A DNA stretch of 64,000 bases from Eutreptiella sp. 'Long Island Sound 2002' (taxonomy: Eukaryota > Protista > Euglenida). The DNA lies in contig OZ038378.1 of the NCBI GenBank assembly GCA_964036045.1, forward strand, positions 172,980,001 through 173,044,000. The letters are read 5' to 3'. Below the pieces are notes generated by a model. It worked only from the letters and a program-made list of their open reading frames with translations. It was not told the origin of the DNA and made no database searches. Shown here piece after piece: positions 45,801-60,651 of the stretch. Made by a program: the position numbers and the translations under genes. Within the stretch, counting starts at the first letter, position 1; each line of letters opens with the position of its first letter.

Positions 45801-48727
45801 CCTAATGCCCCTTCTTCGCTCCTTCCTTTCGCTCGTGGCAATCTGGCGTCCGTTCCGCCACGCCCTTGGGGGGGCCAAATTTCGGTTGCGTCGTGGCTGT
45901 GTATGCCTGCTGAGCACTGGTTGCACTGGTTGCCGAACTGCTGTCTGCTGCAGCTGCGATTAGACGAGGCCGGAACGGGGTCTGTTGTTCATGGCCGGGA
46001 GTGGTGGGCCTCAATCCGGTCTGCTGTAACCGGCGTCTCAGATGATGGTCGGCGTTCATACAGAGCTGTGAAACGCACTGCGTCCGTGACTGATCAGGAC
46101 AAATAATGTTAACCGACACTGCACTGCGGAAGGGCGCACTCACCAGCACCGGTCACCAACGGTGGTCCACCCGGTCATTGACAGGACTTGGAAATGACTG
46201 CCGCCGCGGTGGCGACCAACACATCGAACGCAATTTGGTGGACCGGCGGCTGGTCAGTCACCGCCGGTCTTGCGGGCGGTCTTGACTACGAAAACATTCC
46301 TGTGTCGACTACGGACCGCCCTGGCCCCGGTCAACCTCCCCTCCCACACACACACACGACGCGCGCGCGGCCCACCAAGTGCTTCCCCACACGCCGGACG
46401 GACCTGCGCCTCCAGCCCCGGTGGCCGGATCTCTCGCAGCGGCACCTGGTCGACCACCGGCGACGGGCCCGCACCGGAGCCCAGCACACTGATCGCGATC
46501 AGGCCGACCTGATTGTAGCGGTTGTACGGGCACGGGTGGCACGGGTGCACCAGCAGCTTCAAGTAGACCGCGTGTGCCGAGATGTCCACCGTCTTCAGCT
46601 CCCGGGCGCGGTAGTTACTCTGCTGGTTAGACTGCAGCGTGATGTGCCCCAGCCGCTTGAACGAGCAAATCTGTCGTGCGGATGTGAGAGACTGGGGCGT
46701 CGCACGGATGTGGCTGACGAGACACGAATGGGACATGGACGTGACATGGGTGCCGCCGATATGACGCGATGTGACACGGACACGACACTGAAACGACAGC
46801 GACAACATCCTGCTGTGGCACTGGGACCTGATCGGACACGGCACTTGTTGAGCTCCGGACCTGCCCTGGTGGAGTGGTTGGCCACATGCCCGTCAATGAT
46901 CCTCCTCCTCCTCCTCCTCCCCTCCCTCCCCTACACTGCATGTGCCTCACCCCATTTGTATGTCTACATGCCTAGAGATTACCAATCTTTCCTCACCAAT
47001 GCCCCCGCTTGAAGTAAGCCTAGTGGCCAGTGTGGTGCTTCATGTTCTAGATGCCTGGCGTCTGCATGTGTATGGGTGCCTTTGTGTGCCGCCCTCCATC
47101 GTGGCTGATGAAGCAGCCTGTGGTACCGGAACCCATGTCCTGGATCCACGGGTTGTCCTGATTTATGACCGACCGCCACATTCCGTGCTTCTGGCCCTAA
47201 TCTGGCACGTGCACTGCTATGTTGTGGACAGTGCGCGCGTTCATGACAGCGAACATCGTGCGCACTGTTACCCTTGAACCAGGAGAACTTGAACTCCAGC
47301 CGTGGTTAATCTTGAGTCGCACGCATGCTTCTTTGTGCGTGTCCTGCATATGTCCAAATGACCGACCCGAGAGCCTTTCAGCCCTACTCTACCCTTGCCC
47401 CCCCCCCTACTCGACCCCACCTCAGCCTCCCCTACGCTACCGCACCCTACCGCACCCCACCTTTCCCTCCCCCGACCCCCATGTGGCTTTGCCAGGACCT
47501 TTTGGGCCGACAACAAGAACATGCGTCGCCCAGCCCTGGCCATGTAAGCACATACACACAGCTCACCTGTGCGCACCAAAATCTCTGTCCCACACACATC
47601 GACATCATCAGATGTGCTACTAGACAAAGACGCTTGTGTTCGTGTCATCCAACATCCTCTGTCCTCTGTAGTGTCTTTTGAAGAATGCACCACAGCACCT
47701 CCTGCGAGGACGTATGCCGGACCCCGGATCCACATCCGGAACGTATCAGGGCCAGGCTGTTGCCTTTTTCACCGATCGCACCCCTGTCCGCCGTGTTCCC
47801 TCGAGTCTACAACTTTGGCTTCCCAGCGGTTCGGCCCTCCTGCTTCTTGTGTTGTGGTGGAGACACTGTATCATATTGTATCATAAAGGCGCAGGATGTC
47901 CGCGGACCTCTTGAACACCTGGACCCTTACCGTTGTGTATGCGCCAATGAATGATTGGTGGCACCAGCTCTGCACAGCGGTCGTGCTGCAAATGTCTTCA
48001 ATTGTCACCTACTCCTACAGCTGCTGCGACGAAGCTTGTGCGGCCACCAACATTTGTGCCCATCCAAACTTGTCTCGTAGCATCTGGGTACACTGTAGGC
48101 CTTCAATGCTTCTTGTACTCCCATAGCACTCTGACAAGTGGATGTGCAAATGTGGCCCCTGTAGATAATGTGGTCGAGGCCCGCCACGTGCAACGGCAGC
48201 AGTGAAAGAGACATCTCGGGGAAGCATCAGCATCCAAGAGAATCAGAAGACTGCCCATCACCAAAGGGATGTCGTCTGCTGTCATTTTTGCCTGATTGTG
48301 GTTGTTCTTGTGCCAGCCTTACCCCACCGTACCCCACCCTGGCCCAGCCCAGCCTATCCGAAGCCTGGCCTGCCCTACCCCACTGCGCCTGCACCCGGTT
48401 CACTTTCCTTCCGAGCCACACCTCGTAGCGGCCAGAACTTGTCGCTGGTGCATCTGACGAGGCGGCCTCCCCAATCCACACATCGATCTTCTTGGGGATC
48501 TTACACTCATGCGCCAGCAGCTGAATCTGTTGGATGTGCACTTCCCCCGTGAACGCCAGCCCAAGCTCCAGGGGCCACGTGACGTACTCCGGCGGCATGC
48601 GCGGCGACTGCCAGCCCTTGCTGTCCGCGGTGTGCAACGCCAGCCGCGTTGCGGGGTAGTTCTCGTCTTGCGCGGAGCAGCTGCAGACGCTGAATGGCAA
48701 CGAGACCTTCATGTCATTGGCGGACAT
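30858..48727 (-). CDS. CEP104: Centrosomal/ciliary-tip protein CEP104 orthologue (jelly-roll N-terminus, coiled coil, TOG domain, C-terminal zinc fingers)
   Basis: Phase-0 GT-AG exons: 48727-48422 (LPFSVCSCSAQDENYPATRL..GWQSPR..IQQIQLLAHECKIPKKIDVWIG), 46670-~46404 (FKRLGHITL..RARELKTV..YNRYNQVGLIAISVLG), 45483-44971 (KNKAVEDEDYEAAK..KMQAVAAEDYDGA), 43613-43119, 41506-41225, 40796-40620 and 36055-35645 (TOG), 31981-31817 (CQFC..MELHWAGDCPMLMECACGQ), 31148-30858 (VVEILQLPEHL..CDRC..RCPLCHQNLPAGDEAWQAHLLEPPGCPANPR*). Matches the motif order I recall for CEP104; minor extra exons are possible. Confidence 0.92.
34160..35100 (+). pseudogene. Decayed RNase H1-like coding remnant (probably TE-derived), antisense inside a CEP104 intron
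   Basis: VLVFTDGSS..GGYGIY..QTTNSVDLLAA / (frameshift) CADSAYV..RWKVNGWKG..TL*ELKWVKIPSHV / (frameshift) VIGNEQANTLANQG. Confidence 0.8.
36690..38330. repeat. Diverged long inverted repeat (foldback) region
   Basis: 36885-37030 (GGCAGGCTTTGGAAAAGA..CCTCCATAAAGTT..GTCCATAGA) is the approximate reverse complement of 37980-38140 (TCTATGGAC..AACTTTATGGAGG..TTTTCCAAAGCATGCC). Confidence 0.6.
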
Positions 48728-51700
48728 CGATGTGCCGCTCGGCCGCGGCGGACGGCGCGGCTTACATTCAACAGCAGCTGAGGAGGCGCGGAATCAACCG
48801 AATACCGACCCGGACAAGGGCGGCCCGCCCCCTGTCCCCCTGCCAGACATGTGTGGGTGTGGGAATCTGCCGCCCACATTCACCACAAATAGTAAACATC
48901 GGACAAACTCTCCAACACACGCCCTGCCTCCCCATTTTGTGCATGTAGCTTGCTTCAGCACCATGGCTGAAAGGCCATGCCAGGCATCAGTTGATCAGCC
49001 CCTTTTTCTGTTTACACCAGCAACCATGTCGAAAACCTGCTCCCGCAAGCACTGCCAAAGTTAACAAAAACTACAATCAAACCAGGATCATGTGCATAAA
49101 AGTGCGTAAGTGCGACAGTGAAGTGGTTCTTGCGAGTTTGGGTTCTATTTCAGCAACATTGGCCGAGAATCACATCAAAACAGTTGGAATTAGGCAGCAG
49201 TCGCAAGCAGAATGTTGCCATGAATGGAAGCAAATGAAGGCCCTGGTCATGGTGAAAGCTACTGAGGTTCTGCGGGCTGGACCAGCAGATGGTGTGAAAG
49301 CGCCCAACCAGAAGTTCCCACAACATCTACCAACAGCGATAACTCTACCAACGCATCTGCACCTCCAAATGTACCGTATGTAGACATTTATGGTACCTAG
49401 AGTGAAATCTGTGGAGCTTAGCATCAGCCAAGTTCCATTGCGCTTCACGCTGTGCACATCGCTAAACATGTGAAGAATACATGCAGAGGACCGGAAACAT
49501 GGGAGGTCATTGTGAATGGTCACAGATTGAAAAACAAAATGGAATGAGAAATTTTGAATTTTCGGGCTGCAGAGAATGAAAAACTGCTGAAGCAATTAGT
49601 GCCCGAGTCCTTTGGGACCCCCACCCTGCGCCCATGTGGCACTCAGTGCCCAAATAGTTAAAAAATACATAAAGAGGGCCTTAAAATGCGTAACACGGAA
49701 CGTATGTTGTGAGTGGTCCTAATATCAAAAAAAACAGCCTCAGGCCAAAACTCACTTTCACACCAAAACAACGTCAAAATAGGTCCACTCTAGTCCATTG
49801 CAGACACAAAGGGCAAGGTGGCTTTTGGAAGAAGCCCAGATTCAGCATCTCTTATCTCGTGATCATCCATCATCACCAACATTCGCCCAAAACGGTGCAA
49901 AACAGCCCAAAACGGCGCTAGTAAGGGCCAACAGGCACCAATAGGCGGGCCTAGCTGGTGCTACGTAGCTCCCATGGGTCAATGCGTACTCCCATTGCCA
50001 CCAAATGATGACCCAAACCTGGACCAAGGGTCGCCAGAAAAGGTCGATTTTCAGCCAACCCATGCCAGCCTGAAAACGGCTAAGTCCTCACCGGCGAGAC
50101 CCCATAGTGGGGCCGATCTTGGCTACCTGGAGATAGAATCTGGGACCGGCCATTGGATAGGGGGTCCATATAGAAGAAAGCGCTCTCTGGGACCCAGAAT
50201 CAGATTGAAACACAGTGAAAGCTACAGGCCAATCAAGTTTTGACCCTCCCGCCCTGCCAAAAAAGCGGCACCCAAGTGTCATTGGGGAAATTTTTGTCTC
50301 CAAAAATGATGATTCGACAAGGCGTTGAACATCCAATATCACACATTGGGTATGCTAGGCAAATACCCCCAGAAAGGGGGGTATACATGGCACTCACGCT
50401 TGATCTAACAACCCTCTTCCAGGTGACTTGCATGCGATGCCCCACCCTGTAAAATGCGTTGCAAGTGCGGGGGAGGACACTGGGCAGAGAGAACACTCGG
50501 CCTCCTTCAAGAGGACACGGGGCTGCACTCTTGTACTTAATGCACGGGGGGGGCGACCCCTCGGTCCTGGACGCCAACTACCCCCCCAACTAACTGTTGG
50601 CCGAAGGCCCCTGGGGGGGGGGGGGGGGGGGGCTTGGAGGGGGGGGTCTAGGAGGGGCGCCGGGGGGGCGGTTCCCGGGGTTCCCGTGGGGGGGGGGGGT
50701 GTCGGGCACCTCCGAACAGTTGGGTATGCGGCCTCTCTCTCTCTCGGGGGTCCCCAACAAGGGGAACAAAATCGGAAGTCAAAACCTACGCCGGGGGTCA
50801 CCCTGATGCACCACGCAACAAAGCGTGGATTCAAAGATTGTCCCGGTTTCCTCAATAGCACCGGACGGTTGGGGCCCAAAAGAGGGCGGAAATGCTACAT
50901 CACCCCTGCATTCTCGGGGGTCCCCAACAAAGGGAACAAAATCGGAAGTCAAAACCTACGCCGGGGGTCACCATGATGCCCCTAGGGGCCCCTAGTATCT
51001 CAAAGTATGGGTCTCTAGTACGGCCAGACGCCCAAATAGCCACCGCTATAGAGCGGGGGGGCAGAATCAGAATTGGCCCACTTGTGGGCAAGGTGGCTAC
51101 ATAACCCCTGCCGCCTAGGGGATCCCCAACGCCTCAGAGCGGGGGGCAGAATCAGAAAAGGGCCCACAAGTGGGCAAGGTGGCTACATAACCCCATTGGG
51201 CGCCTTCGGCGCCCGTTGGCTCCTTGGGCTCATACCTTTGACAACTAACTGTCGGCCGGAGGCCCCTTGGGGGGGGGGGGGGGGTAGTTGGCGTCCTAGG
51301 ACCCGCGGAGTCGCCCCCCCCGGGACTTAATGTTATGGGGGGCATAGTTGTTGCTTGGCACCAGCGTATGAAGTCGTTCTACCTTATGGGATATGGGATA
51401 TTTGAATTTTTCGCAATTGTCGCACAGTTACACCCATTTCCACCATGTCGCGCCCTTTCTAGGTGGAAATTAGGCTTCGTATATAGAAGGGGGGGGGGCA
51501 TCCTAACGCCTGCGCACCCAAGATGACCCGCACCAACCGAAGCTGGCACCCACCCAGACCTCAGCCCCGCCTCTTGCATACGTGGGTCTGGCCATACATT
51601 TGAAAAATTGTTGTCGGCGCTCTCCCGGGTGTGGCATCCCAGCCCACTGTATCCGTTTCTTCACTTGGCTTTGGAAAATTTTGCTGGTTGGCTCAACTGA

Positions 51701-53654
51701 TGTTGGGTACTGTTCCTGCTCGCTGCTGCCACTACAGCTGCTGCTGAGTGTGGGCTAAATGTTGGCTCAAATGTTTGACGCACAGCTCCTGGTCTCAAGA
51801 AACAACACAATACCTCGGGTGTTTGCCAAGGGCGAGTCCACACCACTGCTTTTGCTACTTTTGGAATTGTTTTGACTGTTGTTGTTGCTAGGGGCACCGT
51901 TTGTGATGCTGCTGCTACTTGGCTTCCACTTGTTTGGCTTGGGAAAATTGAGGGGACACATGATCCACGCCTTCTCCCACTGTACACGACAACCACTCTT
52001 CAAGTGCTCACACATTGGGAATAGTAGCCCGAAAACCACAACCAACCATCCTCCAACAACGAGGTCATGTATGCATGCCACAGGGGGGGGAAACAGCAAC
52101 CAAAAGAGAACGCACAACTTCATCGTGACCCAACCACATGCCAGGCTTCACCTCAGACCCCAAGCAATGAGCCGAAAATCCACCCACTGCCACCCTATCC
52201 ACTTCCCCTTCACCCTGCCCAGGCCCGGGCCTTTGCCCGATCCAGCACAGGCAGCAAATACCTGCCAGCGCAAGTGTAGACAGGTGCCAAGCATAGTGTG
52301 GGCAAGTATTGACAGGTTTTGGGGGGCCCATGTATTGTACATTCAAGAGCTGCCAAAATGTCAGGCACTGTTGCAGACATGCGTGAATGCAAAGCATTCA
52401 ATGGAGGCAGGCCCCTTGGGAGGAGGCGTCGAGCACTAACACTTATTTCACGTCCAGACTTCACAAAAAAGCCCAGAGGTGCCCCTTTTGCAGCCTAGAT
52501 ATCTCAAAGCTGGTGACGTTTACCGCTTTTTTACGATGTGCTCAATGCGACCGGAGGGGGGGTGGGGCTTAGGCAAGCGGCGAAGCCCCGTCCCAGGGGG
52601 CGCGGCCCTTTGCCGTTCGACGGTGCATTTTTGGCAGGCGAAAAAACTTGGAAAAATGTACCCTTGCTGTTAGGGTGCAAGGCTGCACTGGTCAAGAGGG
52701 AGTTCTGGACAACAAAGTAGACCAGCGGGCATTGGCAGGATCACATGTGGCCGCACACCCGCCACCACAAAAAGTCAAAAAGTGCACACACACACGGACT
52801 CCAGATCCACGCGGGACGAGGAACGGCTCAGTACACTGGGTCATCGGGACATCTGCCCTCTTGGCTCTGGACCTCCAATACGCAGCACCGACAGACCCTT
52901 GGCGATACCTCCAGAAGCTGGAACACACCTGTGCAAACGCAGCAACTTGTTTGCCTGCCTTTTGTCTTCAGCCTCAATCACAATACCAAGTTTCGGTACG
53001 GGCAGGCACGCCGTTGCACTCCCGTTGCACTCGATTACTTTCCCGATACGCTCCGGTACGTGCCCGCTCTCCCCTTCCACTCCGTGTTTGTGTGCTCGAT
53101 GAGGTTAGACGAGCCCCAGAGGTCATGGTGCGGATATCTAGAAGCCAAGGCTTGCTGTGTGGCCCTGGAGGCCCACCCACGGTAGGCCCAGGTTACATGC
53201 AAATCTTCCTTGCGAAAAAAATTCCTACAGGGGGTGCTAGTTTTTTTTTTTTCGGGGGGTCCCCCTGGAGGAGGGGGGAGGGTACGAAAAAAATTCGCGC
53301 AAATTTTTTTCCACCCCCCCCCCCCCCCTGGGTAGGCCTGGGGCGGATTCAGTCTGTTGTAGCACCACGGCCACCATTCCACCCAGCGCCCCACAGCCAC
53401 CCCACCCTGATCCTCTGCAGTCACCTGCCCCTCCACGTCCAACACCGCGGCCCCCCACCAAAGCCAGCCCCCACCCCCGGACATGTCGAAGGGAGTTCCA
53501 CTGAGGACATCCCGCTCTCCCACTTCCACTTGCGAGTGAACAGGACGTTTCCAAAAAAAAAAAACGTCCGAGCGTCTCCCATTTTTCGTTCAGACACGCA
53601 AACCTCTTGTCCTTCGGACGAAATCACGCGGCACAATCTTCGATCTGCTACTCA

Positions 53655-56600
53655 TCAAGACACCTCCACAACCCCCGTCAACGTCAGAGGCCTGCGGAAC
53701 TGCACCGCAAGAAACGTTCCCGACCGGACTTGAGCGTTGATGGCCTTCTTCCGCTTCTTGTTACTGAGGCCGCCGCCCGCACTTGCCGCGTCTGGTGAGC
53801 CAGCGCCCTCTGGAGGGCCCTCAGGATCCCGCTCGTCCTCGTGCCCCGCAATCCCCTGCGGTGCTGCCCCATGCCCCCCGCGCTCCTCCATCACCGCGTC
53901 CTCCCCTGCGCACCACAGGCTCGGCCCACTGCTCTCGCACACTGCCCCTTCCGCGTCGACGAGCCGCAGCGTCGGGTCCGCTGCCGCCGGCCTGTGCTCC
54001 GCGAGCCCCATCCCCGTCCCCTCCGCGGCCTCCGTTGCAGCGGGCGGTGCGTATACCTGCGGCGCTAGCATCGCGCTGCTGGTGGGGGCAGGGCACTGCT
54101 GCCGCTGCCGGCGGAGCCTCTTGGCCCTGAACTCATCGCTACCGGACTGGTCGTTCCAAATCGAAAGCAACCTGCGGTCATAGACAATGGGAATGCTTCC
54201 TGCGCGCCGCAGGCCCGCAGGGTAAGGGCAATTAGCCGTGGGGTAATTAGCACCCAATTAATTTTCCTCAATTTTGGGTGAAAAAAGTAGGTCAAACGGG
54301 CAAAATGAAGAGGCACAACACTCAAAATGGACAAAAATGTTGCGATAAACACTCCGCATTCAAAAATGCGTTCACAAAAGAAACAATTTCCCATGTTCCA
54401 TGATAATTGCCCAAATTGTGCGCCGCAGGTGCCGCAGGATTAGCGTTCCCAATGCCCCCGCACTTCCCCTCCCTCCCGAAGCCTACACTCCGGTGCCTTC
54501 GCCAGCATGCCCCTGTACCTTTGCATGTCATCCCCCTACTCCACGTGCATCCCCCTGCTGCGTCCCCGGACCCATACATCCCGGCCATTCTTCTCAACAC
54601 TGGTTTCATTCCATTCAAACAAGATTCAGGTGCTCCTTAACACCTCGTCATCTGAAGGGCGTGAAGCAATGTCCGTGAACAGCCGTTTGGCCCCGCGAAC
54701 GTTCCGTTGGCCCAACAAAATCTTCCTCAGCGGAGCGCTGAGACAAAAGAAGAAAAATACTCTGCACTTAACAGAAACTTCGTGCGAATAACTTGAGCCC
54801 CTGTCCCAGATCTCAAAGCCGCCACCTGGGCCCCGGTTTCCAAAACGGGAAGGTGCGCAGTCCCCACCACCGTTTCCAAGGGCATTCAAGATCGCTACAC
54901 ACGGTGGGGTGTGCTCAGCTGGAGTGAAGAGACTAGCACCGGGGATGGGACGCACACTATGACCAGCCTTCATGCGTGGTAGGAAATGCGCACGTTCGGT
55001 CCGATAGCCACGGGGTGTCAAATGCTGCAGCAGGCACACACAAACACACATGAGCACACACACACGGACGCACACACGCCTCGACACACACAAACACACA
55101 CACACGATGAGAACCGCAAAGAAGAACACACACAGACAAACACACAGGGAGAGAGAGGGAGGGAGGGAGGGAGGGAGGGAGAGAGAGAGACCGAAACACA
55201 GATATTGCCGCGATTCGTGACACGGTGGACACGGTTCAAGTCAGTGAACAATAACAAAAAGGGACGTACAACAGCGATGCCTTGGAAGAAGACTGCTGTG
55301 GGGGGGGGGGGGGGGGGGGCGACAGTTGCCAAATTGACGTCGACGTTGGGTCACAAAAGGCCGCAATTGTGCATTTGAATTCGAATTTGAATTTGAATTT
55401 GAATTTGAGTTCGATTCGAAGTCCTCTACTACAGCGGCTGCACTGTGACTTACGGCAGTTTTTCAGTTGTTGGTGGTGAGCCGAAGGCGGTCGGTGCTTC
55501 CAAAGATCCCCCCCCCAACACGTCCGCATACCGATCAATATCCCTCCGCATGCTCTTGCAATACACCGCCTTCGTCTTCTCCTCAGTCCCGAGCGTTACG
55601 TGAAGACTGCCCTGCAGCTCCTCATGCCCTGCACTGAGGCACTGCTCCCCAGGCGCCGCGCCGCGCTCCGAGTCCGCCACATCCATCGCAGCAGCGTCCG
55701 CGCGGGTGATGGCCGACACCTCCCAACATAGCCCTCGGGAGTCGCACAGCAACCGCTGCACCTGCACCTCCACACGCGCCCCCACCCACCCCTCGTTCCA
55801 GACCCGCTGCAGCAGCGCCTGATCCGCCTGCGGCAGCTGCGCTATCCCCACAGCCTGCGGCGCAGACAGCAACGTGACGTGCAGGTCCGACAGGTAGCGG
55901 TCCGTGTTCCAGAACCGGCAGAGATTCGCGTGCAGGGGGTCCTTCCCAGTGTCAGTGGCGCACGTTGGAGTAGGGGCCCCAGGGCTGCCTCCAGGATCCG
56001 GGAGGAGAGGCACGGAGGCATTGGCAGCAGAGAGGCCCGGGGTTTCGGCAGTAGTTGCTGCGCAGGGGTGTGTGACTGAGGGCGGTGCGGGGATGTAGGG
56101 GAGGAGGCGGAGGTCGCAGGTCTGCAACCAGTTCATGAACCACTTCGTGTTACCCTCGCACTTCTCAATCTCAATGCCATTTGCGGTCGTTCTGGGACTG
56201 GAGGCTGCAATTGTGGGGCAAAGACATGTGGTGGATCAGAGGCACAAGCGCCGGAAATATGAGAAAATACGGGCGGGATGAGGGTGCTTGCGGGCAGGCA
56301 GGGACAGTTCAGAGCGGGGAGACAGGGACCGTGCCACAGCCTCACGCTATCTACTCTGCTTTCGGCCGCATTGCTGCATTCGGTTGAGGTGAGGTGAGGT
56401 GAGGTGTAGTGAGGTGAGGTGAGGCGAGGTGAGGTGAGGTGAGGTGAGGCGAGGCGAGGCGAGCGAGGCGAGGCGAGGTGAGGTGAGGTGAGGTGGGGTG
56501 TGGTTCGGTGAGGTGTGGTGTGGTGTGGTGAGATGAGGTGAGGTGTGGTGAGGTGAGGCGAGGCGAGGCGAGGCGAGGCGAGGCGAGGCGAGGCGAGGCT

Positions 56601-59600
56601 GCCCGGAGGATCTCCAGAATCCTGCATAACCGTATCCTCCATCCTCCGCAGCAGCCCATCGGGTTCGCAGGATTCTGGACACCCTCACGCCGAGGACGGT
56701 GCGTTCCTGCGTGTGCCCTGCAGGGGTTCGACTCGGGTACCTCTGGTTCAGGCATGGTCTGCTGCGACGGCTAAGCCACATGACCTCATCGTGCTCTGAT
56801 CGAAACTGCCGCTGCTCAGTTCCTCACTGCTGCCGTCCAGTGTCTTCTGCTGTAGTCTGTTCACCCCCCACCCCACCCCCCCCATGCCCGTTCCCCCGTT
56901 CTGAGAACGCGGGGCGTATTAAAACGACCCCCTCTCGCCGTGTGAAATCGTGCCCCCCCCCCCCCGTCAAAGCCCACGCCCCCCCTCGTCCAAACGTGAT
57001 ACGACAGGCACCAGGTGCGCCTCGTGTGCGGTGCAAGTGCCCCCCTCCAGCGCTGCATACCACCGCCGCAGACGAACTCGCAGACGGCCGCCAGCGAGAG
57101 CTCGGCCCATGACGCCCACTCGGCGTCCGTGGGGCGCACTGTCACAGCGCGACGGCCTTTTGTGCTGCTGAGGGCACACTCTGGCACGCGCAGCTGCAGC
57201 TCTGCGAACAGCGCGGCCTCGGCCCGGGCCTTGCGATGCACGAAGTCGTCGGCAGAGCACAGCCCCCGCACCGGCGGGGCCCTGGGGGACAACAGCGATG
57301 GGCCACAGCATGTGCTTCATGTGAGGCGCATGTTGGAGACTTTTGCGGAGGGGTGGGTGAACCGTGAAAACGCGTTGGAGGAGTTGGGTGGCGATTTGGG
57401 GAGGGGAACGTTGCAACACTGTGAGTGAGGGTAGGGATCAGGGTGCCCCATTCCCCTGCACCAGGACGCAGGTATGGGGGTATCATAATCGCCAAAAGAA
57501 CGGATTGTTGCCGGTTGTCAAGAACTTTTGGCTGTTTCCGACAAATGTAATACGACGGAATTCTATGCGGTTCACGATTGTAACGAACCTTTAGGATCGG
57601 AATACAAGCCCCTCTTCGATGTATTCGACGATGCTACTTCGGAGCACAGTGTCACAGGACTTCCCCGGTGCTTGACTGGCCTGGCATTGCCACTGCGCCC
57701 GCTGGCTGCATTGTGTAGGGCCTCCAGTGCTCGCGGAAGGCACACGAAGTGACTGACAGCAGCCCAACCGCTGAGAACGCGTCACAGACCAGCCGATGTT
57801 GACGCCACCTTGTCACCAAAGCCACACTAACCCCCTACCACTGCCCCCAGCCCTGCGCTGTCCAGTGCCCCGGGAGCCCACAACCCATACAGACCTCGGG
57901 GGCACTGCAAGCCCCAATTCGGGGGCCGGGACGGAAGCCGGTGGACACATGGACTGCGCGACGTACTGCGCCAACTGCTCTGGCAGGTCCCGCAGAGGTC
58001 TGAAGGGATCGACGTTGACGAGCTCCGCCCTCTGAACGGGCGCCACCCCCAAAAGGGAGGCGAGTTCCTGTGCAATGCGGAGGTCACGATGGGGCCGCCA
58101 GCATTGATGGACGGAGCTGTCCCCGTTGCCGCACCTGATCAGGGGTGCATTAGAAGGGAAGGGACCTCAGAGGCGGCCCCGGAAGCGTGTCGATGGGCGG
58201 TTGGAGGAGGTTGCCAAAGCGGTTGGGGGACGGTAACCGTCGGTTACAAATGCAATTGAAGCTGGCACTTGCCGTCAGGGAGACAGTGGCTGGGCGCCCT
58301 GGAGGCGCGGGGGGGGGGGTTACCCCCCCCCCTTCCAATGCATCCCAGCACCTGATCCTGCTTTCCTGCCTCCCTCTGTGGCCCTGCTGCCGCCTGCACT
58401 GACATGCCACAGAGCAGCAGAGACCTGCAAGGGCCGGGTGTCTGCTGTTTCCATCGAGGACAAGGAGACATCCCGGATGGCCTTTCGTTGTTTGGCTGCA
58501 CCAGTTTTTAGCGCGAACGGGAGGAGGGAGGCGGTTGACGGGGTCTGAGGGGCTGTCGCACAAAAGCTTGTTTGCTTCCGTGTGGTACGGGTCTAAGGAG
58601 GAGGAGGAGGAGGACGGCAACAACGCCAACCCGGGCGGGACCCCGTTTGCGGCGCCTCAGCATCGGGTTTCCCCGGGACAGTCGTGGTAAAACGACACAG
58701 ACCTTGGGCCACAGGACTGAGATGTATAGCCCACTACCTACCCCAGGGTACGAGAGGTTGAGGCCTGAGAGGTACGAGCAGGTGGGGACAGAGGGAGACA
58801 GGGAGGGAGGTGGCCTGAAGGGGGTCTGTGGGCACCGGCCGGGTGGGTACCGCGTAGCACACGCCTGAATGGGGGATGGCTCCTCGTTGACAAACCATCA
58901 TTGGAGTACCGGCCTGGCTCCAGACCTTCGCGCACCCATGAACACACACCTCCGGAGAGGGGTACCGCATGGAGCGGTCGATGGCCCGCAGTGCACTCGG
59001 GGCCGCGGCGCCGCTCAATGTGGGGTGGTCCTTCCGCTGGGCCACCCGGTCCACGAGCCTCTGGAGCTCCGTCTGTCCCAATGCGGACGCTGCGGCCCAG
59101 GCGCCAGCGGCAGTTTGCAACGCAAAGGGCCGCGGGGAGCGATGCCCCAGTGCCGTCTGCAGGAGCCCAGAGACCCATCCGGAGGCCCTCGACAGGAGGC
59201 CTAAGGGCGTGGGTGGGGACGGGAGCGGGGGGGTGATGGCGCACGGGAGTGAGGGATGACAGGTCCGTCTGAAGGGAATGGGGCACAGGTCGTGAGGGGC
59301 ACGAGGGACACGAATATGCGCGAAGAGAGAGGGAGGGGGGGAGGGGGGGGGCAGGGACAGACCTTTTGTGAGGACGACAGGAGAGTCCCCAGGCCATGGC
59401 AGGACACGGACCTTTGGCAGGTCAGGCGGTGTGGGTGGGGCCTGCAGCCACTCACTGTGCAGACCAAAGGTGTTGTGTCCCGACGCACTGGGCTCCTGCT
59501 CCAGCCCCCCTTTCCTCCTCCTGCCTCCTCCTCCCCCTCTGGCCTCGTGGCCGGGTACAAGACCAGCCCCACACACCCGGTGTAGTTGCCATGCTGCCCA

Positions 59601-60585
59601 CGTCCATGTGGCATCGTCCTGCGCACCGATTCTCTGAACACACACTCCTGTGCCCATCCCTGTCACACTGCAGGGCCCTGTGCCGTACTCAGTCCCCCCG
59701 CACACACCCGTGCACCCTGTCTCCTTCGCACACGAGTGCCCTGCCCCTTCCCCCCCTCTCCTGAGGCCCCATGTACGAGCGCCCCTTTGCCTGCGTGGCG
59801 TGTGGTGTGCTCATGGGGTGCTCTTGGAATGCCCATCGCCACTCAGAGGGGGAGCAGGATGCTTGAAGGAGCCCTGAACGGCTCACGCCAGTCCCAAGGG
59901 GGGGGGGGGTCTGCCTAAAGTTGCCAGCCAGAATCTGACGGGTCACGTGCTCCACCGCACAAGAGCCTAAATCTCATGGGCAAGCATGCGCAGTCCCCCG
60001 GAAAATTTTCCGGTGCTGCGACATGCTGCGGCATGCTTCTACCTGCACATGTGTACTTAGGCATCTGTGGGAACCTGAACTCGCAAACAAGAGACAACAT
60101 GCACCACGCTGTTGAGCCAAATTAATCACTTTCACCATCTGGTCGTTCAAAATAGCCCCTTTTGGAAATCAACCATGTCGCACAAAGGTTGCAGTAAATC
60201 TTTCCAGGCCGACCCTGTCCCGAAGCATCAGTCAATCTCAAATGTTCACCGATACCCTCACCAACAGCCCACTGCAAGCAATCGCTGGTGCTTCTGGTTG
60301 TCTCCTTGCTCCGCTTGGTCCCATCTGATGGTGTGGTGTTGATAGTGGTGTTGGCTCAATCATGACAAGACAAATCATAGAGAACTGGGGAGACATGGGT
60401 CAGACAGAACAGAGCAGACGGAGCAGACAGACAATTGTCGATCACCATAAACAAAGCAAAATTTTTGGTGGTGCGGCATGCTGCGGCTGCACATGCTTGC
60501 TCATGGGCCAGCTAAGCCAACAGGGACCCCGAATTGAAGAAGCCCAGGCGGTCGGGACAGTAAGCAAGCAGTGGGCGCAGGGGAC

Positions 60586-60651
<66 letters not shown>

